The notes: generated by a model from the letters alone, not told the origin. Counted from the first letter of the stretch, positions 22,881 to 34,047 are shown. The stretch is 64,000 nucleotides of DNA from an uncultured Candidatus Peribacteria bacterium (GCA_964482035.1 CAYZVC010000001.1:337874-401873), one strand, 5' to 3'. Program-made: numbers and translations.

Positions 22881-24050
22881 ATGAATAGACGGACTTCTCA
22901 TTCCATTCCCATGCTTGGATACACTTTCTCGCTCGCGTTCCGCGGACTCTCCACGTACCGCTGGAATAATTTCCCCCGCGTGGAACAGGTTACCGCGACC
23001 GACAACGTCGCGTTCTCCCTCCACGTTTCCTATCTGGTGGCACGTCTCTACGAAGCGGAAACCGGCACGAAGGTCGACATCGGTTACCTCTACCGACGGG
23101 CTCTGTATTCTTCGTTTTCCACGTTCCTCCACTCGGACATTTCCAACGAAGTGAAACAGATGGTGAAGGCGAAGAATCCGGAAATCTACCAGAAATTGTC
23201 CGACGTGGCGTACGACCGGCTCCTTTCTTGGGATTTGCCGGATTTCATGGAATCCGACGTTCAGAAGTACCGCCGTCCCGATCCTTCCAAAGCGCTCGAA
23301 GAACGCATCTACCAATTTTCGAAGAACTGGGTTTCGTACCAGGAGGCGTTCGCGAGCAATTTCGTGTATTTCCGTTCTTTCGAACGCCCGCTCGACGCCA
23401 TCCGCGAACGCTACCTCCAGAGCGAATACGCCGATCTCCGTCCGCTTTTGAAACTCGACCCCGTCGACCATGGCGAAAGCGAACGCTACCTCATCGCCAT
23501 CCGCCGTCTCCAGTCGAGCTTCCGGTGGAACCACATGCGCCGCACGAACCCGGTTTCGGTCATGTCCCACCTGTTCTTCATTTTCTTCATCAGCTACGTT
23601 ATCGGCAACGTCGAAGGCCTCTCAGAAGCCGAAACGACCGACATGATGACCACGGCGCTCTACCACGACATTCCGGAGGCCATCACCGGAGACGTCATTA
23701 CGCCTACCAAGAAATCCGTTCCTGGTTTCGAAGACCTCCTTTCCGAAATCGAAGAAGAAATGCTCGACGAATACCTCATCGAGCACATCCGCCACCAGCC
23801 TTTCGCAGCGGAGCTCAAGAAGCGCATGCTTTTCCCTTGGGAATGCGAGCACGGCGATCTCGTCAAACTCGCTGACGTGTTTTCCGCCCTCTTCGAAGCG
23901 AAGATCGAAGTCGCGAACAGCGCCGAGTTCGACCACGTCTACCGAAAGATCCGAAAGGCCTTGCACAAGTTCCCCAACGTTTCGGTAAATTACCTTTTCC
24001 GTTTCGGAGTCGATCCGTTCGAGGAGAACCTCGAAGAAGTGCTGAAGTAA
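22881..24050 (+). CDS. HD-domain phosphohydrolase (YfbR-like module, duplicated)
   Basis: The C-terminal half has ALYHDIPEAITGDVITPTKK. The N-terminal half has a degenerate counterpart (FLHSDISNEVK). No TGA. Confidence 0.7.
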   Translation: MNRRTSHSIPMLGYTFSLAFRGLSTYRWNNFPRVEQVTATDNVAFSLHVSYLVARLYEAETGTKVDIGYLYRRALYSSFSTFLHSDISNEVKQMVKAKNPEIYQKLSDVAYDRLLSWDLPDFMESDVQKYRRPDPSKALEERIYQFSKNWVSYQEAFASNFVYFRSFERPLDAIRERYLQSEYADLRPLLKLDPVDHGESERYLIAIRRLQSSFRWNHMRRTNPVSVMSHLFFIFFISYVIGNVEGLSEAETTDMMTTALYHDIPEAITGDVITPTKKSVPGFEDLLSEIEEEMLDEYLIEHIRHQPFAAELKKRMLFPWECEHGDLVKLADVFSALFEAKIEVANSAEFDHVYRKIRKALHKFPNVSVNYLFRFGVDPFEENLEEVLK

Positions 24051-24064
24051 TTTGCTGGCCTATG

Positions 24065-24099
24065 AAAAAACGCCCGTCCGGTGAGGATTGGGCGTTTTT
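24065..24099. terminator. bidirectional terminator
   Basis: aaaacgccc...gggcgtttt hairpin between convergent genes. Confidence 0.65.
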
Positions 24100-24143
24100 C
24101 GCATTTCGATCCGAAACGGCGGATGCGTTGCCGATACGGAAGG

Positions 24144-24596
24144 CTAGAATCCGAGGATACGGAGCATTTTTTCCGTAAACCCGAGCTCGCTGTCCTTCGC
24201 TTCTTCGGCATATCCGGAGAGGAAGGCGCGAAGGTTGGAAATTTCGGAACCTTCCGGAATGTCGATGTCGATGGTTTTGATGCCCTTTCTCGAAAGGATG
24301 AGACGGAGATAGATGGGATCCTTTCCCTCGAAGAGGAACGAGAAGGTCTGGATAGTGCCGAAGTCGTAGAATTCGGAACCCACTCCGACACCGTTCTCAT
24401 TGACGACCACCATGGCCGAATCAGGAGCGTTGTTTTCGATGAGGAGGAAAACTCCGGCGAATACTACCGCCACCACCGAGAGAGCGTATATGCCTTCGAC
24501 GAAACCCCAGATGACGAGCGAGGCGATGACGATTCCCGCGATGGCGTACCAGCTCGCGCTATGTTCCTTGCGCACGACGACGTTCCATTCGAACAT
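24144..24596 (-). CDS. membrane protein (two N-terminal TM helices plus soluble domain)
   Basis: MFEWNVVVRKEHSASWYAIAGIVIASLVIWGF.... Start chosen after the stop of the upstream gene (24617). Confidence 0.5.
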   Translation of the reverse strand: MFEWNVVVRKEHSASWYAIAGIVIASLVIWGFVEGIYALSVVAVVFAGVFLLIENNAPDSAMVVVNENGVGVGSEFYDFGTIQTFSFLFEGKDPIYLRLILSRKGIKTIDIDIPEGSEISNLRAFLSGYAEEAKDSELGFTEKMLRILGF

Positions 24597-24616
24597 GTTT
24601 TTTCGTTTAAGGGACT

Positions 24617-24976
24617 TTAAATGTTCGTCATGACGATCTTGATGATCGCCCACGAAGATACGGCGAGCACGAAACCGATGAGGGACGCGGTGATGATCTT
24701 CTTCGCGGTGTCCTTGTCGCTTTCCACGGATCCGAGGGAGAGCTTGAACGCGCCGTAGATGATCATGGTTACCGAAACCGTTCCGGCGAAGCCGAGGAAG
24801 AAGTTGGTCGAATTCATGATGACCTTCGGAATGTCTTCGAAGGTGAAGTTCCCGTTGCGGATTTTGTCTTCGGTAATGCCGTTCCCTCCGATGAATCCGG
24901 CGTCGGCGAACGCGGAACGTACCTGCGAGAGGGTTGCTATCGCGGCGAATGCCGCACGGGTCGCGTATCGGTTCAT
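24617..24976 (-). CDS. small secreted two-TM protein with TrbC/VirB2-pilin-like topology
   Basis: Signal-like MNRYATRAAFAAIATLSQVRSAFA. Two hydrophobic helices separated by SLGSVESDKDTAKK. 119 aa. Confidence 0.4.
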   Translation of the reverse strand: MNRYATRAAFAAIATLSQVRSAFADAGFIGGNGITEDKIRNGNFTFEDIPKVIMNSTNFFLGFAGTVSVTMIIYGAFKLSLGSVESDKDTAKKIITASLIGFVLAVSSWAIIKIVMTNI

Positions 24977-25064
24977 ATGTTGATGTCAGTTAGTCGTATT
25001 TCGCCTTAACGGTGGGATTATAGGCTACCGGAGCCCTTTCCCGAAATTATTTTTTCTCCCCGCG

Positions 25065-25092
25065 TTGAATTCTCGCGTTTTTCCCTTAGAAT
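25065..25092 (+). promoter_or_regulatory. candidate promoter of pheT
   Basis: TTGAAT, 16-nt spacer, TAGAAT, 30 nt upstream of the ATG. Confidence 0.35.
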
Positions 25093-25121
25093 CGGGATAG
25101 TTACGTTTTTACCATACCGTT

Positions 25122-27563
25122 ATGAAAATCCCCCTTTCCTGGGTGGGGCTTTTTTCTCCCGTTTCCGAAACTCTTTCGCAATACGGAGCCAAGCCGCTCG
25201 CGCACGAATACAGCATCCGCACTGCGGAAATCGAAGGCATAGACGTCTTTTCTTTCGATTCCAAGATCGTAGTGGGCAAAGTCGTAGAAACTGCCGCACA
25301 TCCGGACAGCGACCATCTCAACCTCGTGAAAGTCCAGGTAGGGGAGGGCGATATCCGCAACATCGTTTGCGGCGCGCATAACGTCGTGGGCGCCAAATAC
25401 GTGGCACTCGCCACCGAAGGCGCGACCCTCGGTGCCGATTTCGTCATCAAGCGCGCGAAAATCCGCGGACAGGAAAGTAACGGCATGATCTGCTCCCTCG
25501 ACGAACTCGGACTCCAAGAAGAACGCGCCGAAGGCATTTTCCGCCTCGAAGAAGCGTACGGGGAAGATTTCCTCGAATCCAGACTCGGCAGCCCGTTCGG
25601 CGAACTCCCGCTCGAAATCCCGGGTCTCGACGGCAAACCTTTCGCCGCCACTTTGAACGACGTCGTATTCGAAATCGACAACAAGTTCATCACCAACCGC
25701 CCGGACCTTTTCTCGGTCGAAGGCAACGCCCGTGAGTTCTCAGCGCTTTTCAACCTTCCTTTCCAGCGTTACGAAGCGGAACTCCCCAAGGTTTCCAGCC
25801 TCGAAGTCAAGATCGAATCCGATCGCGTACTCGCGTACCGCCTCGTTTCCGTAAAGAACGTTTCGGCAAAGGAATCGCCTTTCGCGATTCGCGTCCTCCT
25901 CGGCCGAGCCGACGGGAACCCCAAGCTCGATTTGGTCGACATGACCAACTACGTCATGACCGAACTCGGCCAACCGATGCACGCGTTCGACGCCGATAAG
26001 ATCGACGGAACCGTTTCCGTTCGTCTCGCGAAAGAAGGGGAATCGCTCCTCGCTCTCGACGGCAAAGAATACGCGCTCACCTCCGAAGACCTCGTCATCG
26101 CTGACGATAAGAAGGTTCTCGCCATCGCGGGCGTCATCGGCGGAGCGTACAGCGCCGTCAGCGCCGATACGAAGAACATCCTCGTCGAATCCGCCACTTT
26201 CGATCCGACTTCCGTACGCCTCACCGCCGTACGTACCGGATGCCGCACCGACGCCTCCACCCGCTACGAAAAGTCGCTCGATCCGCTCCTTACCGGCCGC
26301 GCCGTTTCCCGCGTTCTCGATTTGTTGAAGTTCTTCGGCAACGACTTCGCCGTCGAATCCGCGTTCGACTATCTCAATGCCTCCCGCGTGAACGACGTTT
26401 CCGTTTCGCTCGAACTCCCGTTCGTAGCGTCGAAACTCGGTATCGAAATTCCGGAATCCGAGGTTTCCCGCATCATGGATAAGCTCGGTTTCAAACACGA
26501 AATCTCCGGTACTAAACTCACCGTTAAGGTTCCGTCCTGGCGCGCTACGAAGGACGTCTCCATCGCGGAAGACATCGTAGAAGAACTCGGCCGCGTCTAC
26601 GGATACGACAAGATCGCCGAAAAGGCCGTTTCTGGCGCTATCGACCTGTCCCCGCGCAACCACGAGATCGAATTCCGCAACAAGGTGCTTTCGCACTTCG
26701 CTTCCCTTGGTTTCTCCGAAGCGTACGCGTATTCGTTCTCGAACGCTGAAAAGGACGCCAACATCGGCTTCTCGGACATGTCCGGAGCCGTCGCCATCCT
26801 CAATGCCGTAAGCACCGAATACACCCACATGCGACGTTCCCCGGCAGCCCTCCTTTTCCAAGCCGCTTCCGAAAACGCCAAGCATACCCCTTCGTTCTCG
26901 TTCTTCGAATACGGAAAGGTCCACTTTAAAAACGCCGAAAACGATTTCACCGAAAAGCGTTCCCTCGCGGGCGTCTCTTACGGTTCCGTCGTCTTCGCGG
27001 GCCGAGATGCCGTGACTTCGTTCCTTTCCCGTGCGCTTCCGCGTGCGGAGTTCGAGATCTCCCAAGGCGCCGACGCTTCGAAGTTCCCGTTCCTCCATCC
27101 GGGCAAGTGTGGAACCGTTTCCATCGACGGTAAACCGATCGCCGTATTCGGCGCCGTGCATCCGAAGACCGCAGAGAAATACGGTTTCGTGGAAGTTCCG
27201 GTTTCGTATTTCGAAATCGACCCCGAAGCCGTATTCGCCCTCGTTCGGGAACTCGGTGAACCCGCATTCGCGGAAATCTCCAAGTTCCCGGGAGTTTCCC
27301 GAGAACTCAACTTCGTTATGGACGAACGCGACAGCGCGGGTGCCGCGGCATCGCTTATCGCTTCCGTGAGCCCGCTGGTTTCCGGAGTGACGGTCATCGA
27401 CACCTACCGAGACTCCGTCCGCGTCGGCGAAGGAAAGCGCTCCGTAACGTTCTCGTTCCGCATCGAAGATCCGGAGAAGACCATTACCGATACCGAGGCG
27501 TTCGACATCCTGTCCCGTGCAATTGCCAAAATGGAGGAAGCATGATACGCTTTGAGGCGTTAA
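25122..27563 (+). CDS. pheT: phenylalanine--tRNA ligase beta subunit
   Basis: 807-codon track ORF with tRNA-binding, B3/4, B5 and FDX-ACB-like regions. It ends at TGA 27543, so under table 25 it runs 5 more sense codons (YALRR) to TAA 27561. Confidence 0.95.
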
Positions 27564-28159
27564 CCGCTTCTTTAAGCCGAATGTCCATCCTCCAGAACGA
27601 AACCCCAGATACCATGCCGAAGAAAAAGGAAGAACTCTCCGCGTCCGCGTACATCCGCCAACAGGCGGAATACCGATTCATGCCAGAATCCGCCCTCGCT
27701 CTCGGCGTAGCCATTTCCGTGAAGGAAATGGTAAACGCCGGCATCGATTACGCGGAGAACTACCCGGTACTCGCGGAAGTCGCGCACCTTTCGGAGGAAG
27801 TCCTTTTGGAGAAGCTTTCCGTTCAGGCGTACTCCGACATGCTCCGTTCCGAAATGCTCGACTACCTCGACGACTACCGCGCGACTGGAAAACGCACCGA
27901 GACTCGTGCGGCATTCGACCATTTTCTCGGTAACGCCGCGAACACTTACCACATGGTACTTCGTAATTCCATGACCCGCGAAAAATATTCGCCGGTACTC
28001 GAGAGTCTGCCGTCACTCGCCCGCATCATGCGCATCGTGAATACCAAACAGCCGAAAGTCCTCTACGATAAGATTAAGGACGAGTCCGTTTCCCGCGTAA
28101 ATAATACGGACCTCTCCTGGCAGGCTTGGCTCTCCGAAGTCTGAACGCACCTTCAGTAA
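27542..28159 (+). CDS. hypothetical protein
   Basis: The ATG overlaps the former pheT TGA (gcATGAta). No internal TGA until 28142, then 4 sense codons (THLQ) to TAA 28157. Confidence 0.55.
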
Positions 28160-28171
28160 ACCCGAAAACAT

Positions 28172-30412
28172 ATGGACGCCTCCCAATTCATCTCGAAGAA
28201 CCCGATATACGCGGAGGCCGAAAAGTCGGTTACGCAAATCGTCGACATCGCGAAGGCGTACATGAAGGGCACCTCTCCGGAAACCGTGGAATACGAAATC
28301 CGGAAAGCGTACGCCTATGCCCGTGACGCCCACGAAGGACAGACGCGCAAATCCGGCGAACCGTATATCGTCCACCCGGTCGAAGCGGCCAAGTTGCTGA
28401 CCATACTCAAGCCTGACATCATCACGATCCAGAGCTGTTTTTTGCATGACGTTCCGGAAGATACCGAGAAGACCGTAGAGGAAGTCGAAAAGGAATTCGG
28501 TCACGACGTCGCGCACATCGTCTCGTGAATGTCCAAGCTCTCCGCCCTTAAATACCGCGGAGAAGAGCGAACCGTAGGCAGTCTGCGCAAAATGTTCATC
28601 GCGATGAGCGAAGACATGCGCGTCATTCTCGTAAAACTCGCCGACCGTCTACACAATATGACGACGTTGGATTTTCATCCCACGCCCGAAAAGCGCCGCC
28701 GCATCGCGCTCGAAACGCTCAACGTCTACGCCCCCATCGCCGACCGCCTCGGTATCTTCGACTTCAAGGAAGCTCTTGAGACCGAGTGTTTCCGCATCCT
28801 CTATCCTGAGGATTACGCCCGTATTACCGGCGAACTCGCCGAATTGAAGATCGAACAGGAAACTTTCGTGGTTAAAGCCAAGGATTCCATCCGTACGCTC
28901 CTTCCGGCCAACGTTCCGGTGGTCGATATCTCGTTCCGCGTGAAGTCCCCGTTCAGCATTTACAAGAAGATGCAACGTAAGGGGTACGAGAGCGTACGCG
29001 ATATCTACGACCTTTTCGCACTCCGCATCATTACCGATTCGGTTCCGCATTGCTACGAAATCCTCGGTATCATCCACAGCGCGTGGACTCCGGTACCGAA
29101 GCGTTTCAAGGACTACATTGCCCTCCCGAAGGAAAACGGCTACCAGTCGCTCCATACGACGGTGGTTTGAATGTTCCAGGAGTTCCGCAAACAGCCGACC
29201 GAAATCCAGATCCGCACGCTCGACATGCACCGTCAGGCCGAAATCGGCGTCGCGGCGCACTTCGAATATTCGGAATCGGGCAATTCCCGTATCGCCAAAG
29301 ACGTCTACTGGGTCACCGAACTCAAAGAAATCCTCGAAAAGTCCGCCGACGGCGAACTTATGGACGAGATGAAGATCACGCTTTTCGACGACCGCATCTT
29401 CGTATTCACGCCGAAAGGAGCGGTAGTGAACCTCACCCGCGGTTCCACGCCCATCGACTTCGCGTATTCCATCCACTCCGACCTCGGCAACCACCTGATG
29501 ATCGCCAAGGCGAACGGAAAGGTCGTCCCGCTCGACTACGAACTCAAAAACGGCGACCGCGTGGAAATCGTCACCGACAAGTCGCGCAAGCCTTCGGTAA
29601 CGTGGCTCTCGTTCGTAAAGACCACCCGCGCCAAGGACGTCATCAAGAGTTACATCAACCGCGAACAGCGCGAAGACATCCTCGAAAAGGGCCGCAGCAT
29701 CCTGAATTCGTACCTTCAGAAGAATTTCGGGAAGATGCTCGACAAGGACATGTCCATTTTGAAGGTTCTCGACGGAAGGGAACTGGATACCAAGGCGAAG
29801 GAAGAAATCCTCGTACAGGTCGGAAACCTTTCCCGAAAACCGAGCTCGGTCATCAGGGCCATCCGCGAAGCACACGGAATACCGCATGAAAAGGCCGTGA
29901 AGGCGGAAGGTTCTTCGAACCGCTCGAAAAGCCACGACAAAAAGGAAGAATCGAATGAGCTTCCGCAACTCGTGATCGGCGGCGAAAAGGGAATCCCGCA
30001 CCGCATTGCCAATTGCTGCCTTCCCAAGGTCTGAGACCGCGTTGTCGGCTACTCCAGCCGCTTCGGCATCACCATCCACCGCGTCGACTGCGGTTCTTTG
30101 AAGAAGGGGACGTTCGACCGTTTCATTCCGGCTTCCTGGAGCGGCTCCGAATCTTCGGACCTCCGTTTGAAAGTGGAAATGGTTTTTGAGAACAAGATCG
30201 GCGTATTGCGCAAACTTACCGACATCTTTTTCCTGATGCGGATCAATATCCTCGAAATCGGACAGAAGAGCGAAGAAGGCGGAAAAAGCGCCCGTATCAC
30301 CTTCGACCTGATGACCGAAGAGGAGGACTACTACATGTACGAGCGCCTCGTCGAACGCATCCGTTTGGCGATTCCGGAGTTCAAGGAAGCGAAACTTATC
30401 GAGATGAGCTAG
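28172..30412 (+). CDS. relA: bifunctional (p)ppGpp synthetase/hydrolase
   Basis: Four in-frame track fragments joined by 3 TGA. HD (FLHDVPED), synthetase (IVS-G-MSKL, TTVV-G-MFQEF..EIQIRT), TGS (IFVFTPKG) and ACT-like C-terminus. Confidence 0.95.
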
Positions 30413-31020
30413 GCAACCTTTCTTACCGCCGTCCGTTTCTTATAGCGGACGGCCAAGGTCGCGAGCGTCGCGAATACGACGAGGAGCATGAATATCGACG
30501 TCACGTCGCCGGTGATGGACGATATCGTTTCCCACTGGTCTCCGAAAGCGTATCAGAGTCCCGTGAAAATGACGACGTAGAGAGCCTCTCACGCGACATC
30601 GAGCGGAATGAATTTCTTAGGGGAAGTTTTTGAAAATCCCGCGAGAAGGTTCATGGTCGGCCCGAGTCCCGTAGCAAGGAAACGGCTCGTGAAAATGGCG
30701 GATGCGGAGTGTTTGGAAAAGAGTTCTTCGATTGCCGCGAACCTCGTGGAATCGAGGACTTTTTTCAGTCAGATTTTTTTGAATATCTCCCGTCCGTAAC
30801 GGAAAGAAATCCCGTATCAGATCATGTCTCCCGCTACGCATGAAACGAGCGCGTACGCAAGAATTACGTCCAATTCGAAATACCCCTGTGACGCGAAAGC
30901 TCCCGCGGCCATGAGCAATGCGGTGGCCGGTAGCGGAAGTCAGAGCGATGCCGAACCGACCACGGCTACGAGCAGTGCGTACTTCCAGATGAGGAGGTAG
31001 GGGAGGAGGTATTCGAGCAT
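30409..31020 (-). CDS. dedA: DedA/VTT-family membrane protein
   Basis: 203 aa with 5 TGA. AGDMI-[TGA]-YGISFRYGREIF matches the DedA GD..GY..G motif. Its stop codon overlaps the relA stop (convergent). Confidence 0.75.
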
Positions 31021-31023
31021 GGG

Positions 31024-31437
31024 CTATTTTGGGCTTGGGGTCTTCCAATTCGCCTTTACCGTTTCTCGAACGGCATTCAGGAACTCGTCTCGCTTGGCAC
31101 CCGTCTTCTTGGCGTATTTTCCAATGGGGAGGTTCGGGTAGGAGGCGTCTTCGATTTTCAACGCGCTTTTCAGTACGCCGTCTTGGAGCTCGAACACGAC
31201 GTTCACGTATTTGAACGTCATCCAAGGCTCGATCTTCATCGGATCCGGAGTATTGGGGACTCCTCCCGGCTTCCCGCTGAACAAATCGGAAATCGGGGGT
31301 CTCCGGTCGAACGCGCCTTCGTGTCGTGCGTCTTTCACGTGGAGTACGAGGTACGTGGAAAAAACCGCCAGAAGGGCGAAAGTAGCCGCTAATGCTAAGA
31401 TTTCGCCTCTTCCGAGACCTTTGAAAGGGTTTTTCAT
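31024..31437 (-). CDS. membrane-anchored hypothetical protein
   Basis: Uninterrupted 137-aa ORF with an N-terminal TM helix. Lies 3 nt upstream of dedA. Confidence 0.55.
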   Translation of the reverse strand: MKNPFKGLGRGEILALAATFALLAVFSTYLVLHVKDARHEGAFDRRPPISDLFSGKPGGVPNTPDPMKIEPWMTFKYVNVVFELQDGVLKSALKIEDASYPNLPIGKYAKKTGAKRDEFLNAVRETVKANWKTPSPK

Positions 31438-31446
31438 GCTTTCGGA

Positions 31447-32259
31447 TTACGCGCTCATCGAATAGAAACGCAGCGAGTTTTCGAATACGGTTCGTTCCAC
31501 TTCTTCGCCGCCTTCATTCCGGTAGGTTTTCAGACGTTCGAGAACGTGCCGGGTGTTTCCGCTTTCGTTGACGGTTCAACGTACGGGTTCGGGCGCGAGG
31601 AACGGCGCGTCGGTTTCGACGAGAATCCTTTGGAGCGGTATCTCGCGTGCTGCTTCGTGCAGGTTCTTCGCGCTTTTATACGTCAGGATTCCCGAGAATC
31701 CGAACATGATTTCCGGCGAGAACTTCATGACTTTTTTCGCGAAGGTCAAATCTTCGCTGAAGCAGTGGATTACGGCTTTGCCAATGGAGAATTCTTCAAT
31801 CGATTCCAAAAGCGCCGCTCAGGAATTCCGAGTATGGATCACGAGCGGGAGACCGAATTCTTTGGCGAGGGCGATTTGGTACGCGAACGCGGTTCTCTGG
31901 TTCGAAATCTCGCGTTCTTTGACCGAGAGGTCTTCCGACAGTCGGTAAAAATCCCATCCGGTTTCCCCGATGGCGACTACGGTGTCCCGCTCGCGTTCCA
32001 ATATGGCGCGGATGGCGGCGAGTTCCCGTTCTACCGTTTCTGCGTCCATGTTCTGGGCCTCGCCCGGATGGAGGCCGACGGACGCCCGGTAAACGTCCGG
32101 GTATTTCTTGGCGAGCGCTACGGCTTTTTCGCTCGATTGCGCGTCGCAGCCGATTTGGACGGCGAAACGCACGCCGTTTTCGCGCATGTTCGAAAGCACG
32201 CCGGTTTCCTTTGTGGCGAGTTCGTCGAAGTATGCGTGGGTGTGGGTATCGAATATCAT
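31447..32259 (-). CDS. tatD: TatD-family metal-dependent hydrolase
   Basis: MIFDTHTHAYF...AIGETGWDFY...VIHTRNS-[TGA]-...ILVETDAPFLAPEPVR-[TGA]-TVNE. Fragments are in frame. Confidence 0.9.
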
Positions 32260-32347
32260 GACGCCATTGTACCTCTGCGGACCGCTTTTTCAATTCGCGG
32301 AAATCCCCGTTTTTGACGGCCGCGCGTCACTATGGTAATATGCGGAC

Positions 32348-33355
32348 ATGACGACCATCAAGCTCGACAGATCCCAGTACACGGTACTCCCGGATGCCGA
32401 AAACCTTCCCGACGACGCGCGGGAGGCCTTTTACGCCACCAAGCTCCGCCTGGAGAACCTCATAGGAGCGGAAATCGACATCGAATCGGCGGAAGGGAAA
32501 GAGCGCTTCAATTACGCGGTCTTCAAGGCGGTGATGATCCGCATGTACGAAAACCTCGACGACCCGTACGTTCCGCTCCACGTCGCGAACGCCGTTCGAA
32601 AACTCCTTTCGGAGATGAACACCACGTTCGAATTCCGATCCCCGTCCGAAGCGCTGTCTTTCCGTTTCCCGAACGGACTCACGTTCATCGAGTCCCTCTA
32701 CGAATGCGGGTATTTCGACGGCGTCGCCACGAAGCGCAAGCAGCTGGATGCCATGGGAAAACAGGTGGTCATCGATCCGAAGAAAAACGTCGAATCCATT
32801 GAGAAGATCGCTAAGGCCTACGACCTTCCCGAAATCGAAACCGCACGTTTGAACGCGCTCAGGATCGCCGGTTGTCTCAACCGCGTCATCGAAGCTGACG
32901 GAAGTCCGAGCATGGATTGCCGAATCGCTTCCGGCAGGCTTTTAAAAGCGCTCACCCGCGAGGGGGGCATGGACCCCAACGAGATCGTAGGCAGTTTCGA
33001 CGAATCGGCTTTCTACCTGATGGCCAAGTACGTAGTCGACCCGAGAAATTACGAAGCGCTCACTTGGGCCATCAAGGCGTTCCGTCAGATTTTTTCGGAA
33101 TTCGATCCGTACGCGAAATACCTTCGGGTTATCAATCCTTTCGTCGTAGATAGGAAAGGCGTGAGGATTCTGGACGCCATGCGCGCGCAGTCCCGCGAAG
33201 CTTCCAAATACGTCTCCGACGACGAGCTTCTCGAAGCGGTTTTCCGTAGGACGAGCTGGCTCGTATCCGAACTCGAAGGCGACTGGAACATGATTACGGA
33301 GGCGAACCTCGATTCCCCGACTTCCCGAAAACTGCGTGACGCTTATCGGGCATAG
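32348..33355 (+). CDS. hypothetical protein
   Basis: Uninterrupted 335-aa ORF, no TGA, TAG stop. Confidence 0.6.
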   Translation: MTTIKLDRSQYTVLPDAENLPDDAREAFYATKLRLENLIGAEIDIESAEGKERFNYAVFKAVMIRMYENLDDPYVPLHVANAVRKLLSEMNTTFEFRSPSEALSFRFPNGLTFIESLYECGYFDGVATKRKQLDAMGKQVVIDPKKNVESIEKIAKAYDLPEIETARLNALRIAGCLNRVIEADGSPSMDCRIASGRLLKALTREGGMDPNEIVGSFDESAFYLMAKYVVDPRNYEALTWAIKAFRQIFSEFDPYAKYLRVINPFVVDRKGVRILDAMRAQSREASKYVSDDELLEAVFRRTSWLVSELEGDWNMITEANLDSPTSRKLRDAYRA

Positions 33356-33356
33356 C

Positions 33357-33983
33357 ATGAAATCTTCGCGTATCGACCATTTCCTTTCCGTTATCGAAAA
33401 GGAATATCCCGACATCAGGACGGAATTGGATTATGAAACTCCGTTCCAATTTCTCGTAGCGGTCATGCTTTCGGCCCAAACGACCGACAAACAGGTGAAC
33501 AAGGTCACTCCGCCGTATTTCAAGATCGTCCGCTCGCCCGAAGACGCGCTCCGCGTTTCGTCCGAAGAGACCGAGAAGCTCCTTTCCGGAGTCAATTATT
33601 TCAAGACGAAGGCTAAGCACGTCCGCATGACGGCCGAAATTCTCGTTCGTGATTTCGGGAGCGAAATTCCTCGAGGTTTGAAAGAAATCCAAACGCTCCC
33701 ATGAGTGGGGATAAAAACCGCGAAGGTCGTTCTCAGCGTACTCTACGACCTTCCGTTCGTGGGGGTGGATACGCACGTGCACCGCGTGCTGAACCGTCTC
33801 GGCATCGTGAAGACGAAAACTCCGGAAGAAACTGACAAGACGGTCGAAAAGAAGTTCACCACCGCGCAGAAAATCGGCTCGCACCACCCGCTCGTGCTCT
33901 TCGGCCGGTACCGCTGCCTCGCGAGGAAACCCCGGTGTTCCGATTGTCCGCTCAAGGACGAATGCCCTTCTTCGGAAGCGTAG
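33357..33983 (+). CDS. nth: endonuclease III
   Basis: LVAVMLSAQTTD...LP-[TGA 33702-33704]-VGIKTAKVVL (HhH-GPD)...VDTHVHRV...C..RKPRCSDCPLKDEC (Fe-S cluster loop). Confidence 0.9.
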
Positions 33984-34018
33984 GATTCACGATCGCCCGC
34001 GTTTCGTCTAATGAACCG

Positions 34019-34047
34019 AAAAAAAATTCCCCGGAAGGGGAATTTTT
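34019..34047. terminator. rho-independent terminator after nth
   Basis: aaaattcccc-ggaa-ggggaatttt hairpin. Confidence 0.7.

Noticed and set aside
30617-31225. 202-aa arginine-rich ORF on the minus strand, in a different frame from dedA.
   Set aside because: It overlaps the dedA gene, whose table-25 translation has the family motif and clear TM helices. The Arg-rich product looks like an out-of-frame artefact.
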